A stretch of DNA of 63,692 nt, filler included, from Asterionella formosa (GCA_002256025.1; 26 parts of 26 records of this genome joined end to end with filler, not necessarily neighbours in it), one strand, 5' to 3'; positions 11,739-25,959 are shown, counted from the whole stretch's first letter. Notes: a model not told the origin generated them from the letters alone. Translations and numbers: made by a program.

Positions 11739-12781
11739 GGAGAGTGCACGATTCCATTATAAGCATTCATCACGTGTTCCTAGGTCCACCATGAGCAGTA
11801 TAAATAACTCAACTACCAATATAAATTGTGTTAAATTGTGTTAACTGTTTTCGCTCTATTGGCAGGTGCTTAATCCAAATGCAAGTACAGTAGCACATTT
11901 ATCGATTGTACAGTGCACTAAAAGGAGAGTATTCCCATTTTGGAGAATACACTATAATCGTTTGTCGATGCTATCATTGCATTCATGGGGTCATTTATGA
12001 CGATTTCTAATGTGGTCGATCAGAGTATCAGGTACCCGTTATACGACTCACTTTGTTTTACTTGACAATACTACATTTACAGCTAGGTCGGACACAGCAA
12101 ATCCCGCTATCGCAGACACAAATCAATTGATTGTGCTTGGCAAGCAGGGAGTCTAGAATAGTGTTAGGTCTGAGTTGACTGCTCGGTGTGAGGACAGCTA
12201 GGTCTACCCAAGAAAACATATTTCATGGCCTAATGTTGAAAAGGTCTTTTTGGCCACAATGTCATCTTTCAACTAGCTACCAGAGTAGCAATTATTCTCA
12301 TCCTTATCAATGCCTAACCATTCAAAAAGTGTGTTTGCATGAAATAGGAGCATCAACTGATATCAATCGGTAACAGATACACCAACTTTAATTCCATTGC
12401 GGCAAACGAGAAGCCAGCGGAGGATGTTTCGAAACCTCCCAGAGAGCAACACATAGATGGCACTAAATGATGGCTATCTACTTTTATCCAAATATTCTCA
12501 AGGATAGGTAACGGCGACTTCCGTTGAGCAGCCGCAATGACCAAGTGCTTTCAAAAAGCAAAGATCCATTATCATTGTCGACCCGAATGCCTCTTACCCT
12601 AAATTATACGCTTGGCTATTCTAAAATTCATATATCATTGAGGTGTGGATTACTTTATAGTAGGCATAATCTGATATTGTTCCGTGTATTATCTTTAGAA
12701 TACAAAACGACAACAGTCAAAACTCAAAAATTGCTCAATTGGTCCACAGTTTTTACACTTTAAACAATTTCAAGAGGGATT

Positions 12782-13712
12782 TTAAAGAATAACACAGCCT
12801 CCCTCCCCGGTCTCATTAAGCAATCCTTCGTCTTTTTCAATTTGCTTGAGCAACTTATGAAAAACTTCAGCGACGTGGTCACCTGTTTTACTCGAGCATT
12901 CCACATAAGGCACTCCCCACGACTTCGCCAAATCTTCTGCTTCCTATGTGTAACCAACGCGATGAAAAATATGAAGTAAATAGAAACAAACACATGTTAC
13001 ACATTGCTTACCTGTGAAGTGACTTGGCGCTGTTCTGCCAAATCCCGCATCGATCCAACAAGGATGCGTGGCACATCAGGGGCATCCCCTAGGGCGTTGA
13101 GCAATGCATCATTGACATCAACGATTCGATCAAACGACTGCCTTGAAACAATGGAAAATACCAACGCGTACCCGTGAACACCCAAGGACGCATTTCGCGA
13201 GAGTCGAGAAAACTCGTCCTGTTTCGAAAAACATCACTTATTAGACGGTTAAGCAAGAGTGTACATATGTTGGATACTTCAAGCATTCGTCGAAATTCTA
13301 GGCTAGAACATAAATCAAGCAACTCACCATGCCTGCAGTGTCCACAATGTCAGTAGCAAAATGAACCTTCCTAAAACGGATTGTCTTGTGATGTGTGCTT
13401 TCGATTGTAGGGTCATACCTATTGAAGGAGAATGAAAATAGCCGATCAGCACACTTTGGCAACAAAAGTTAGGGGATCTCAATCTCTCTCTCTTTTACAA
13501 GGAAGGAGATTGCGCATTCCGAGATCAAGGAAGTTCTCGCCAGCCAAGAGTCATAACGAAAGTTGTCCAGGATATCGATGTGTAACTTACGTTTCAGCGA
13601 AAGTCCCGCTGACAAAAGCATTGGTCAAGGAAGATTTACCAACAGCACGGAACCCTAAGATCGCCACCTTACGGTGCACTAGCTGAGGATCTTTGTTGGC
13701 CGTCGACGGCAT
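12782..13712 (-). CDS. RHEB: Rheb small GTPase, 4 exons (13712-13591, 13418-13328, 13218-13012, 12943-12782), 193 aa
   Basis: All introns are GT-AG and splice in frame. G1 GFRAVGKS with the Rheb-type Arg, effector YDPTIE, DTAGMDEFS, G5 ECSSK, CaaX CVIL. Confidence 0.93.
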
Positions 13713-14529
13713 TAGGAACTCTTGAATCACTGGAAGACAGTGTTACGAACTTTTAAATGTTTCAGTCTTCAAAGATTCCTTTCTGGTTCCAATTCGGTAG
13801 CAACAAACGTTGAGCTCTTTCAATTTTCGTAGCTAGGAAGAGAATGTGGATGGTCGATTAATCGTCGCGATGGGTGTTGAATTGAACCTTTGCAATAGGA
13901 AACACACACCTGATGAAGTGGAATAGTCAGTTTGCTTGTTTGTTGAAATACTGTATCAATTATTCCGAGTATCACATAGCTTACACAACCACAATCAATA
14001 TATTTGTGTACATATGAAGTATAACTGTATAGTATATATTCATGTATGATTCATAAAATCATAAAAAATATCTCGCCGTCGTACATACGGTATGTATGAA
14101 TTATTATTAACGACGAAGCCCACTTTGCACATCTCATGGAAATCAACGATGTCCCCGTCGACTACATAGGTACTTTGATCCCATGCTGTGCAGAGTGCGT
14201 ACAGGCAAATTTTAGCGGGGCAATATATTATTACTTGTTGCTATTAATTAAGCAGATGTAGGGTCATCCCAATCCATGATCATTAGGCCGCTGACGATGA
14301 TGCAGGTAGTGTGAAATTGCAAGCATGCAAAACAACCTGGTCATGTTGGGGATATGAATAAACTGAAGCCGAGACACGCCCGAGGAGGTCTCTTGGTGGA
14401 TGCGAGAACACATGTCTTCTTTGAAGGACGTGAATCGAGCCGGGTTAGTCGCCTGAGCATATGCCGGTAGTTGAACAGAGTAGTACCAGGGAACCTGGTG
14501 GCAGTAGCCGCCAAGAAGGTTCTTGTTGG

Positions 14530-15262
14530 GGCAATTCCCATTCCAGCTATCGTCGTTCCATTCTGGTACCAGGTACATATCAAAGTAATTTATAGGCTCT
14601 AGTAAATTGTTAAGTAACTTTTATTTCAGGGCAATATGGGGCATGTCCGATTTTCGGAAGGAAAATTTCCGATGCTAGAGTGACAGCCAGAATGACAGTA
14701 ATATGCATACCCGTGAAACAACAGTAAAACAAACGAGAATGATTGTAACATGCAAAATCAATGAAAATTGAACATGATGTTTGGAGCAACCAAAGTCTGA
14801 TATGCAATGAATAAAGTAGCATCAAATGAGAAATAAATAACATGTTTTGGGTTAGAAATGAAGCAAAAGAATATGAATTTCAGTGAAGATGTATCCATTG
14901 TAGTACTTACACACCAGGCAACATTGACTTTCCATCAAGCAACCCTGATCATTCCATTCTGAACAAGTGTGATTGCCAGCAGGCTGCTCCAGCAATTCCC
15001 GCTCCAGGTATCATCTTGCCATTTGGGTCCTTCTAAGTAATTTTAGGCTGTAAGTAATTTTTGTTTAGGGGCAATATGGGACACATCGATGCTATCATCT
15101 TGCCATTCGGGTCCTTCTACTACTAAGTAATGTTTAGGCTCTATGTAATTTCTTAAGCAATTTTTATTAAGGGGCAATATGGGGCACATCGATTTTTTCG
15201 GAATTAAAATTGCCGACTTGAGCATGACAGCCAGAATAATGGTGATATGCATAGCGATGGTA
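14530..15262 (-). repeat. Cluster of partial copies of a transposon-end repeat (other copies 30084-30251 and ~23905-24020)
   Basis: Shared gcaattcccgctccagctatcgtcttgccattcgggt and gggcaatatggggcacatcga motifs, with copies starting at ~14530, ~14990 and ~15090. Confidence 0.85.
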
Positions 15263-16539
15263 CCAGTTAAAAATGGCTTTGAGCCACTTCGAATGGCTTT
15301 GAGTCACTTAACGATATGATACTCACAATGTATTCATAGATTTTTTCTAATTTTCCAGTTATGACTACATTTAGTACGACAAAGTTCTTCCTGATGTTGC
15401 GCCGGATACAACATATCTAGTTGTTGATTACATCTTGTGTTTTAGATCATCAGATAAATGTGTCAGAAAGTAGCAATCGGCCCAAAAGTGGCAAAAAAAA
15501 TTATACCATTGAGCCGGCATCTCCTGGAAATACATATATACATTTGTGTAGAAAATTTAATATCTAATATACATTTAGTTGCGTTTAACCGCCATGGACC
15601 ATGTACTATAGCAATAAATGAGAAAATTAGTCACTCTTAGTAAATGAATGCAATATTTCTTGAAGGCTAAAAAATGGAGCCTTTTTTTCATGTCAGAGAC
15701 AGTTATCACGCTCAGCAAATAACCCGGCTTGATCCATGTCCTCTGTAGAAGCAAGTTGCAGTTTAGACATCAGATAATGCAGGCTAAGGGTACGTCGGTT
15801 AGATGTGTGTATTGAGAATATAATGCTAAATGGAAATACATGTGGATCGATTAGGGCTATTGATTTTGTTGACCAGCTTAGTACTCCTAGCTACCTATAT
15901 CTGTCTTTGTAATATTGGCTACTTGCTTGAAGAATAAATTGGTGTTATGATAGGCACATAAAGCCCGAATACCAATAATTTTTGTATCAAAAAGTGATTA
16001 AATGTATTTTTTGTGGTAACAATCAAACAGGAGGAGGATTTGGATGTGGAACAAATGTGGAAGACTATCAGCAGCTTTGTAGGGAATATGTGAAAGCCAC
16101 TATTTTCAATCAATTTGAAGGAGGCCAAAGAAACAGGGAAGCAGTGCATTTATTGGTGTCTGAATAATCTTTTGCGAGCAGTACCAGCTACTTTGCACAT
16201 ACATAGCAAAAGTCTAAGCTAAGTAAATTTTATTGAGAGTAATTTTAAATATATAGCCATCAATCTAAAATAAAGTCATTTGCAATATTTTCACAATAAT
16301 AGCACTGAAGGGGAAAAATTTCATTATTGGAGAACAATTTCCACTTGATTCCATGGAATGATTATTTGCCTCATTTAGAATAACTGAGATATTTGCGCTT
16401 GTTTGAAGCGATGCCTCTCCATTTCTATATGTATAGTGAGAATGTAGAAATTCATACTCATCATCTAGTAGCAGATTTTTGTCAAATACTTAATTGGTTT
16501 GTACTGCGGGCCTCGCTTCACTAATACTGATCCACACAC

Positions 16540-19500
16540 CTACACAATGCCTTCAGAATCTTCTTCTGCGAGTTTGTAGCAAAGAAAGAGTGGGCACTTT
16601 GTGGAGTAGTCAAAAATGTCGCCAATGCGATCAGAAACATGACCAACAACGACACCAATCAGCAGTAAACCACATTTCATCGCAAACTTGTTTCTTCCTT
16701 CTTTATTTACCCGAGTCAAAATGAGGAGAATCAAGTCCAGCAGTTGACTTGCATTATTCTTTGAAACTTCGTGCTGACAGCAAAGAAAATTGACGACGAA
16801 GAAATCGACAATGTCTCTTTCCATATCAGCTGAGTCAAGAGAATCATCAATATCATGATTGGACAAAGCTTGCACAAAAGCTGAAAGTTCTTCTAGGGTT
16901 GCTTCTTCTGCAGCATTCATGATAGCAGTTGTGTCTGGCGGCAGCAAATCAGACAAATTCGCGGAACCAGGGCCAAGCATAATTTGTCCCATTAGGCTCA
17001 ACCTCTTCCACTTTGTGTCAGTAAGATTGTTCTCTGTAACTGTTAGAAAGCATGAAAGGAACTCTGCCAGGGTTTCTGCAATGCTCATATTCTCGACTTT
17101 GTTAATATAGCCATTTTTCTCAAGACCAGTAATAATTCCAAGTTTGCCAATACCAGTTAATTCGGAACCACTCGCTTCGAATCCAGAGGAGATGAACCCC
17201 CTTGCCGCGTCAGTTATGCCGCTTTGGACTGCCGTTGGCCTTCTACTTCGACAAAATAAACTGAAAACATGTGAGCCTGATGACGATATTGTGCTTTGGC
17301 CACGTTTTGGAATCACCGTCGTTAGTTCGAGTTTTACATTGTCATTCACGCCTAAAGGAATTATAGAAGGGGCGATTTCACGCACTGCATCTTCCCACAC
17401 ATCCCGATCGTCCATATCTTCGAGTTGCATACCAAAGCGAGCTAAACTCAAGAGTCCCGCTCGTTCTCTCGTTGAATCTGCGAAATCCATTGCACCGGAA
17501 GTTGCAGTTGAAAATTTCAACCATTCTAAGCAATGCTGCAAGAGCGATTTGTTCGTGTCCAATGACAAAGATTTCGATGATAGCAACGGAAGTGTTGACA
17601 AGGCAGAATTTAATGCCCCTTGTTGAAGCAAAATATCCAAACAATCTTCAACAAATAAACAGTTCGAACTCTTGCTTTCATATGGAACAGGAAAAAGGTG
17701 AGTAAAGAAACTTGGTTCGACCTGTCTACCGATCCCAACTACTAGGCTCGCAAAATTTGTGGCGACCAAAGATTCTCTAGCCAACCTAGCCACATCTCTG
17801 TACAAAGACCCCGCGAGATCTTTCTTTGCAATATCACCGCTGTTAGAACTGCTAGCAATCAACTCGACGAAACGAAAGATAAGGATATTCAGAGTTGATA
17901 AAAACGAAGCTTCGCACCGATCCTTCTCTATCACCAAGAGATAATGTTGAAAGAAAAAGTCAGCAAGGTGAATATTTGTAACTTTTCCGTCGATGGCGTC
18001 TGTACATGCCTTGTTCAGTAAGAAGTTGACTAAGGCCACGACGAATGTTGGCGTGGTTAGGATAGTGTCACTGGCGCATAATAGATCATGATCCAGGAAA
18101 CTTGAAGCGAAGCCTGAAGCATCGAAATCTCCTGGTACCATCCGATGAATATTCTTGCAACCTTGTCCAACTCTCATCGTGCACCCGTAGTTGCTGCCAG
18201 GGACATGACCAAGCAAAATGTCAGGTCGATTCTGATTAAGTGAGTCTTGCATCCACATAGTGGAGTTGCCAACACACGAAATAGTGCCCATGAACGTGTC
18301 TACTTCGTCATTGACTTTGATTTTGGAGGGCGGTTCGAAAGCACCAGTCTTTGTGATTGGCGGTGTAGCATGCTGTGACAATGAAAAAGCTGATTCTAGA
18401 TCTGAGCCCTTGTTCGACCAAATGGACCAACATAAAACGGTTCCATCTGCCAGCTCAAACGCCCATACGAAAATTGAATCTGATTCCGTTGTAACGATAT
18501 CGGATATGAAAAAAGATGACACGTCTATCAGCGGCTTCAATTCGACGACAACTCCAACACCTCTAGGAGTCATGATGGCTCCATGTATCCCATTCCCCGG
18601 GTACTTTATGATGCCAAGGGTACCAAGTGATTCAAATACATCTGAATTTGTTGCTAACGAATGATGGGGGAGAGGAAGTTTAGGAAAACTGTGTTATTGT
18701 AATAACATCGCGTGATATGGTATGAGCAGCTTACGTGTTTCTGGGCAATTGAGATCGAAATTGAAAGAAGCTGAAGCTAGAAAAATAGCGTTACAAAAAG
18801 GAGTTTCGCCCGGAACAGTACCTTGCGAAGCCAGAAAGCTATATACAGAATAATCCAATTGTTCTTTGTCCATGATTGACGTTGAGAAGTCAGTTTTTTG
18901 CAATTGATAGAAACAATATGACACTAAAGTATTGCCACAAGAGGCTGACAACAATAGAGTTGCACGTCTGTTCGTAGAGGCCGTCAGACTACGAGGATCC
19001 GTAAGGATTGATATCCCGTCCGGTGAGAAGCCCGCAGGAAGTTCGATGCCGAAGCGAACACAGCTTGGATCTCCGGGGATGATACCACGAATAAGTTGAT
19101 GCTCGAAACCGAGCCTTTTCGTTAATCAGAATGGTTAGACTGCAACGCTGATTCAGAATGAAATAGGACCATCACTGCAAAACGTACCGTCGTCGCGACC
19201 AGCAAGCTAGATAAAGCTTTTGCTCGCTGCCTTCCTCCCTTTCAATGACAGCAATGAGAAGATCATCTGAATGCACTCTCAAAGACTCTTTGTTTTGGCA
19301 GGTGTCGCCTTCCCACCACGTCATGGCAATAGTTCTGAATGCTCTCTCTTCGTTCTCGCTACCAAAAAGCTTCCATTTTGGGTGAGCTATGCGCCCACTT
19401 CTAGATACACTCTTGAAAACATTATCATGAGTTTGATCATTGCTATTACCCATTTGGGGTGCATTTACAAGAGGGTCCAGACGGGAGCAATCCAAGACAC

Positions 19501-21481
19501 AAAGGCCCTTGGAGGCTGCCACTGCAATCGATCTGCAGTAACGATGAGCTATCGCTGCGATTTTAGGCGCCCCGAAAGAGTTGAGATATGATGTAGGGAT
19601 GCGTGACTCGCGCCATTCAATCTCACCACTAGGGCGTGATGACGTCTGTCCAGAGTAGAAATGAGAACGTGGGAGAAACGAGGGGCTCACAAATCGATAA
19701 ATGGGACTTACGTTATGGTAGACGGGAAACGAGACAGACTTTGATCCCAAAATCAATGGTGAAGGCAATCGAAAACCGTTCCTCGGATGATTGATTGAGT
19801 CTGGAGGCGAGAGAGTAGCTGTGTCATAAACAGCTTTCCGTTTCCTGTGGTCAATCGTCCAGTTTGAGCTTAGCAACGAATTTAAATGTGCAAGCTTTCG
19901 GCCTCCGTCCGAATCCTTGCAAAATTTGAGCTGAGCCATTGCTGATTGTGATGCGAGCAAATTTCCAAATTCATCATAATTTATCGGCAAGTGGCCTCGA
20001 CACTTAATTGTTAGACCAACCGTATTCGTTCGCCAGTTCCAAACACAAGAAAATGGTTTCACTGCTTTGCTTTTCAACACCAAATATGACGAGACAGCAA
20101 GGCATCCAGTGAATCTGTCAAAATCTAACGAAGTCAATCCAGCGAGGTGGTTTAAGCATGCACTGTCGCAGTCTGATGACGATGCGAGCGCAAAGGAGCT
20201 GTGGGCACATTCCTCTAATTGGTCGGGAAGCATCACAAGCCTTGAAAGGAGGATAGCATTCCATTGTACGTCCAATGACCATACGTGAGCTACAACTTCA
20301 TTATTGCTTCTCGGTGTTGGTACCAGTGCCAATAATCGGTTGTCGACCCACACACCAGTAGAATATGACCCTTCAAAATCTAATAATCTGTGTAGTTCGA
20401 TGAATAGCATTGAGTTGTCCTGCTTCGTGGTTGGATGGAGTAGAATCATTGTTTCAGATGCGTCCATAAATGAATTTTGCTGCGTTTCCAAAAGTTCATA
20501 TACAGTGCTCTGGACTTCCTCGGATATGCTGTCGTGAGAAAGCGCATTCACCACAACGGACCCACGCATGTTATCGTGTCCAAAATGGGACTCAAATACT
20601 ACTGCTCTACCGTCATGGCTAATTGTGACCAACTTTCCTCGACATTCTCCATCATCAAATTGTACGAATGTTTCATGCGACATAAAAATGATATGACTGG
20701 ACTCTTCACTTGTACGAAACAAGACTCGAGCGACCTGAGCAGGTCGGTAAGTGATTATTTGAAGACTTCCATCCGAACATCCAGCTAGCAAAACGGGAAA
20801 TATTTTGCCTCCTAATTGTGTCGATAAATCGCACAAGCAAGACGTGTTGTACAGCGGTGAATCTATGCCGCTATCACTTGGCACCGTAACAATCATAGGA
20901 TTTGTCGCAATTCTTATTGTCTGATGAGGCTGGCCGTGTGAACCGTTTTCATCGCTCACAACGTACGACGGTCTCGGCATTTTACGGATTGTAGAAGATT
21001 TCCTTGGTCGCCTTAGCTGAAATACAACAACAATAGATCGAGAATCTCCTCTTGGATATGGCACCACACATGCCAAGTGTCGTCCATCTTTAGCAAGCAC
21101 AGCGCAAGGTTGCATGAAAGCATTGGCATTTTTGGTTTGATTGACTCTACTTTCTTCGCTACTAGAATGTGGCAGCAATACTCGATGCAGTACTTCTCTA
21201 TACGCCGATGAGTACGCATCGCCCAAGGGAGAAATCTGCACTCGTAACTCGGCCATGGTGCCTTCTCGCGGCGCGTCGTCAGCTTGTTTGCATAGGTCCG
21301 AATAAGAAATCAATATGTTTGCCTCCAGTCCATAGTTGCTACAAGTAACAATTGACGGACCAGTGTCTCGCAAAACGCATCTCAAAGGCGTTCCATCGTC
21401 GGCATAGTCATCTTGCTGAGTCGGACGAGTGATCAGTTTTGAAGAAACAGCCTTTCCTCCGATGGCGATTGGAAGGCTCAT
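16540..21481 (-). CDS. RIC1: RIC1-like subunit of the Rab6/Ypt6 GEF; introns 19711-19646, 19187-19115, 18734-18654
   Basis: Three ORF-track pieces join through GT-AG introns. Motifs EWRESRIPTSYL, IAVAASKG, KWKLFGSENEE..MTWW and LVVGIGRQVEPSFFTHLF match the RIC1 pattern. Confidence 0.8.
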
Positions 21482-22625
21482 CGTCTTTTTGGCACGGAAG
21501 CTACACTAAAACTAGTCTACTTGATGCCAGACAAAAGTCGAATGCTCGGAATGATCAAGATTCCAACAACAATTCAACAACCCGCTCGGAGGAAGCTACA
21601 GGGACCGGTATTCGATTTGTCTAGTAATGATTAATAGCTGACAGAATTGATTGTACCTATGTACAAAAAAATCTAAATAATTGGAATACAGATAACGACG
21701 AGCAATACACCTTCAGATCACCTCAGTCGAATGTTACTCATTCTCGTGCTCTTTTATGTATACAATGTTGTACCATAATAGCCTGCACAATTAAATAACA
21801 CCCGTATGCACCGTATCATCAGGTTTAGCACGTGCTGTAATAATAATCTAGTAGTAATCTACGTATGTAGCTAAATACGAATAAAGGTGTACCGACCGAC
21901 CACTCTGTGAAATTGGAAATCTACGAAACAATTGCTTCCCTGGGCCTCCCTAAATAGCAAAGACGGCGAACTCCAGTACCAGGTACCAGGTAGCAAGTGC
22001 GTGCTCCCAGTAGTAGGTACCTGATACTGGTACCAGTTACCGGTAGCTACGGGTCATCTGTTTTACTGTACCAGTCCTCTGGTAAAAGACGATATGCATA
22101 CCTGCTACGAAAATACCAGTACATGGGCTCTCCTATCATGTATCATAGCTCTATTTATTACTGGACGAGCATCCCTCGTATGTCGGGATCATCTCATTAT
22201 TTGCTGCTGCATGTTACCTGGTTGGTACCATGTACCTGTGCAAGTTGCGATAGGTGAAAACTTTACCCTTGTTTTCGTTTCAGTAAAAATCCGTCTTTTA
22301 CTGCAAATCCCTCCTCTGGTACTTTGGAGTTACACTCATTGAATGAGGTAACAGAGTGAAAAGCCTGCTTCTGAGTCTATACAATAGGGACATGGAGTCT
22401 CTTACTCGCATCGTTTCGAGTGGGGAATTTGCTTTGTAATCAAAAAAGCGAGATAACATTGAAGCAGTGCTGCAGCCAACCTTCCTTAGTTGCTGCTCAG
22501 GACGATGCCAATTTCCTAGATTGAGTACCTTTTTCGTGGATGAAAATACTACAGCTACCATCATGAATCAGACAAAACTTAGTTTCATAATAGATTATAA
22601 AAACGAGTATAATTGCAGATCCTTG

Positions 22626-23534
22626 CTAAATAGCTTTTGACAAGATCAAGGTGTCAGACTTGACTTCGACAAACGATTCGATCGCTGCATTCACTCGAAG
22701 GGACGGCTCTTCAGGATTGACATACATAATGCTGTACCCTATATTCTTCAAATAAAGGTTGCGAGCTGCAACATTATCAGCTTCGACCTTCAAAAATATT
22801 TCTCTGTAGCCCCATTCGAAACGAGCAACTCTTTCCGCTTCGTCACAGAGCCTTTTCGCCACACCCCTGCGCCGAGCGTTTGGGCTGACCACCAAATTGG
22901 ATAGACAGCACACCGGTTGAATTTCTGCTGGAAGCAAATCTTCCACAATTCTTTCTACGGTACTATCTTTGTATTGTCTTCTCTGTTTGGGGCCAAGTGA
23001 CGCAACTGCATTGCGTAGTAGATTTTCTGACTTGTCTACTTGAATGATCTGTTCATATGTCTTGTCCAGGAGACACACATCAATACAAACTGCACCCAAT
23101 AGCTCATTGGAATTTGTTTCCAAAGCCAACAAGAGATTTGAAGCCAGTACACGTCTTCCTATTCGCTCACCGTACTTGTCCATGAGATCAGAGTGTTGAA
23201 CCATGACAAGTTTGGATCTCGCAGCGTTGGAAACTGCCGCACCATCTTGGACTCGTTGCTGGGGCGAATTAATCCAAAACGCATCTACCATGAGATCAGA
23301 AACCAAAAGAATAGAAGCTTCATCGCCTTCGCAAGTTAAAATGTTAAAGGAAGCGTTGGGTTCGTTTGCTTCGACTTGCTCTGCAAAAAACATGGCCAAT
23401 TCTTTGCATGCGATCACTTTACTTGGAATTTTGCATCCTAACCCTAGGCTTGGCAGGAATGCCCAACAGTTCGTATGAAAAATTTGCAATAGAATTGTGA
23501 TACATACAGTGTAAGGGAGCGAAAGGTTCCTCAT
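22626..23534 (-). CDS. GNAT N-acetyltransferase, probably plastid-targeted
   Basis: First ATG at 23534. Signal peptide ends CWA-FLP (ASAFAP-like). Motif A LSNLVVSPNARRRGVAKRL and motif B LKVEADNVAARNLY. Confidence 0.88.
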   Translation of the reverse strand: MRNLSLPYTVCITILLQIFHTNCWAFLPSLGLGCKIPSKVIACKELAMFFAEQVEANEPNASFNILTCEGDEASILLVSDLMVDAFWINSPQQRVQDGAAVSNAARSKLVMVQHSDLMDKYGERIGRRVLASNLLLALETNSNELLGAVCIDVCLLDKTYEQIIQVDKSENLLRNAVASLGPKQRRQYKDSTVERIVEDLLPAEIQPVCCLSNLVVSPNARRRGVAKRLCDEAERVARFEWGYREIFLKVEADNVAARNLYLKNIGYSIMYVNPEEPSLRVNAAIESFVEVKSDTLILSKAI

Positions 23535-24288
23535 GATGAACGAGCCAGATCTTATCACCGAGTTTTATAACATAAAATGCCAAGCAATTTACCAGTATTC
23601 CTTTGTGGTAATTAAAAACTGCCGGTACTCCTTCATGTACGTACCGGTACCTGGTACCCGGTAGTCTACTCCTCTCACCACATATGGGTTGACATCTATG
23701 ATATAAATATCACATTAGTAGTAGTAATAGCCACATTTATAATCATTCAAACGTTAATATATTCGTGTGTATAGACTTTCATATTATTTTACAATGTGGT
23801 ACCAAGTACCTGATAGTGCTGCCTAGGTACTGGTTGTCTTGGGGGGGGGTACCGGTAAATAAGTTACATACAGTAACATACTTCCAGGTAGAGTACCGGT
23901 ATAGCAGCAATCCCTACCCTAGCTATCGTCTTGCTTGTCGATGAGAACTGTGGGAGTCTCTAAATAACTTTTATTTAGGGGCAGAAAGGATTTTTCGGCA
24001 GTCCAATTTTAGGTTTGCTTGAGCAGGACCATCGAGCGGCAACGTCAGGAGTACATAAAATTTTCATGGGGAATAGTTTAGAAAGAAAGCAATAGCAGAT
24101 CACAAGATGACACATATGCCACACACATTTCATAACTCCAACCGACAAGTGCCAAAGGTGACGAAGGGATATTTTAGGAAACACGCTCGCTCTCGTACCT
24201 GTACCTATACATAACCGATTAGTCGAGACTAATAACACCGATATCTAGCAACAATAGATCTAGGACTATCGTATGACACTACTTTGCA

Positions 24289-25338
24289 CTAAAATTCTCT
24301 GTCACTTTCCTCATCTTCATCGCGATCATAGAGAATCGTGGCAAATTGTCCCCCTGAATCTGCTGGGCGGCCATTTCCAAGGACGCCTCCGAGTTTCAGC
24401 CAGGAATGAAATTCCTGGATATTTGGTTGTTTCCAGAGTCCAGCTCGAACATTCCGCAGGCCGCAAAGTTTTGCATTGAGTTTAACAATGTCCACAATGG
24501 GATCCTCGTACAGCAACCAAGCAAAAACAGCCGCCGCCGATCGACCGTGTCCAGCACGACAATGCACATATACCTTTTCTCCTCTGGCTTGGTGTTCTCG
24601 AATAAAAGAAACTGCAGTCTGGTTGGTAAAATAGGGTAAGTCTAGTAGGAGATTACAGCTCACACACAAGAACCTTTTGCTTCCGACAAACCTTGAGATC
24701 CTTGACAGAAGGTTCAAAATGATCCACAGTCTTGAGATGCAGTTGTTGAATTCCAAGTGTTTTGTACTTTTTAACGGGTCCAGCATACTCATCACACAAA
24801 TTAATGACGCCTCGTACCTGTAAAATATCATGAATTGACCTGTGAGTTGATTTGTGAATCATACAAAGTCTGGTACAATCCAAGTGTCAACTTGATACGG
24901 AATGCTCACCCCATATTCGCGATACAGTTTTTCCGGAATGTTACAGAATCCAAAAGGAGCTCCACCCATGACTACGGTGTCATCCACGACTGTATTGCTC
25001 CAGCTTCCAATTCGTCTTGACACTGTAATGGGCAAGGTCGGCCAAAAGAGTGCTTTAGAAACGACTCTACCCAGAGGCATTGGCAACATGTGTTTTTGAT
25101 TCAAAACATAAAGCGTGAATGTGATGCCCAAAAAAGTCTTCAAGCCGAAACCTATGATGCTTGGCGCTGCCGCAACTGTCATGTTGCAAAAGCTTGAGGA
25201 CAGTCGATCGCTGGAATCATCATTTTTCTTGTTGCTTTGATGCAATTTGGTGCCAATTTTAGTATCTTGAGGTCCTGATCCTCCTCCTCTGGATAACCAT
25301 GATGTTACAAAGTTGATTCTTCCTTCCGGGGTCGTCAT
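24289..25338 (-). CDS. PTPMT1: PTPMT1-like dual-specificity/phosphatidylglycerophosphate phosphatase, 3 exons (25338-24910, 24817-24692, 24618-24289)
   Basis: LFWPTLP, VRGVINLCDEY, TVDHFEP and the P-loop VYVHCRAGHGRSA, joined by in-frame GT-AG introns. Confidence 0.88.
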
Positions 25339-25959
25339 GGTTTTTCAAATTTGGAAGTGATGACAAGATGAAGATTTGACAAAATATGGACCTCTGCTAT
25401 ACGGCAAATCATCAGCCACGGTTTTACCGGTATTCATTGTGAATGCTGGTGTGTCAAATAGAATCCATATGGGATATTATTGATTTGATCTTAGGCCGTT
25501 GCTAACGGTGGACCAAAACCAAAACCAAACAGTGTTTAGGTTTCGGTAACCCTAAAAAACGATGCTAACGGGAGTGAAAAACCCAACGCAAACGCATTAC
25601 GTTTAGGGGATTCCGTGCCCATATCCCAATAAGTTACCCAAACGCATTACGTTTAGGTTTTTTTTTCCCAAAGTTACCTAAACGTAGGATTCCATGTTGA
25701 CTACTTTGAATGTAGTCACTAGAAACCCAATAATTATCGTCGTAGAATCACTACATATAGGACGGAGCATACCGGTATATATCATATCTATATATACAAC
25801 AATAGCTATACGGTAAGTACTCTGTACCAGGGTACCACACTGGCGAGAACAACAACAACNNNNNNNNNNNNNNNNNNNNNNNNNNNNNNNNNNNNNNNNN
25901 NNNTTAATTAATTAANNNNNNNNNNNNNNNNNNNNNNNNNNNNNNNNNNNNNNNNNNNN

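Noticed and set aside
19172..21481. Stand-alone 769-aa protein, and separate 677-aa protein at 16540-18573
   Set aside because: Both are exons of one RIC1 gene. The 769-aa ORF reads through a 66-nt in-frame intron.
8338..25859. Functional cluster of Rheb, RIC1, GNAT and PTPMT1
   Set aside because: Unrelated housekeeping genes with no evidence of co-regulation.
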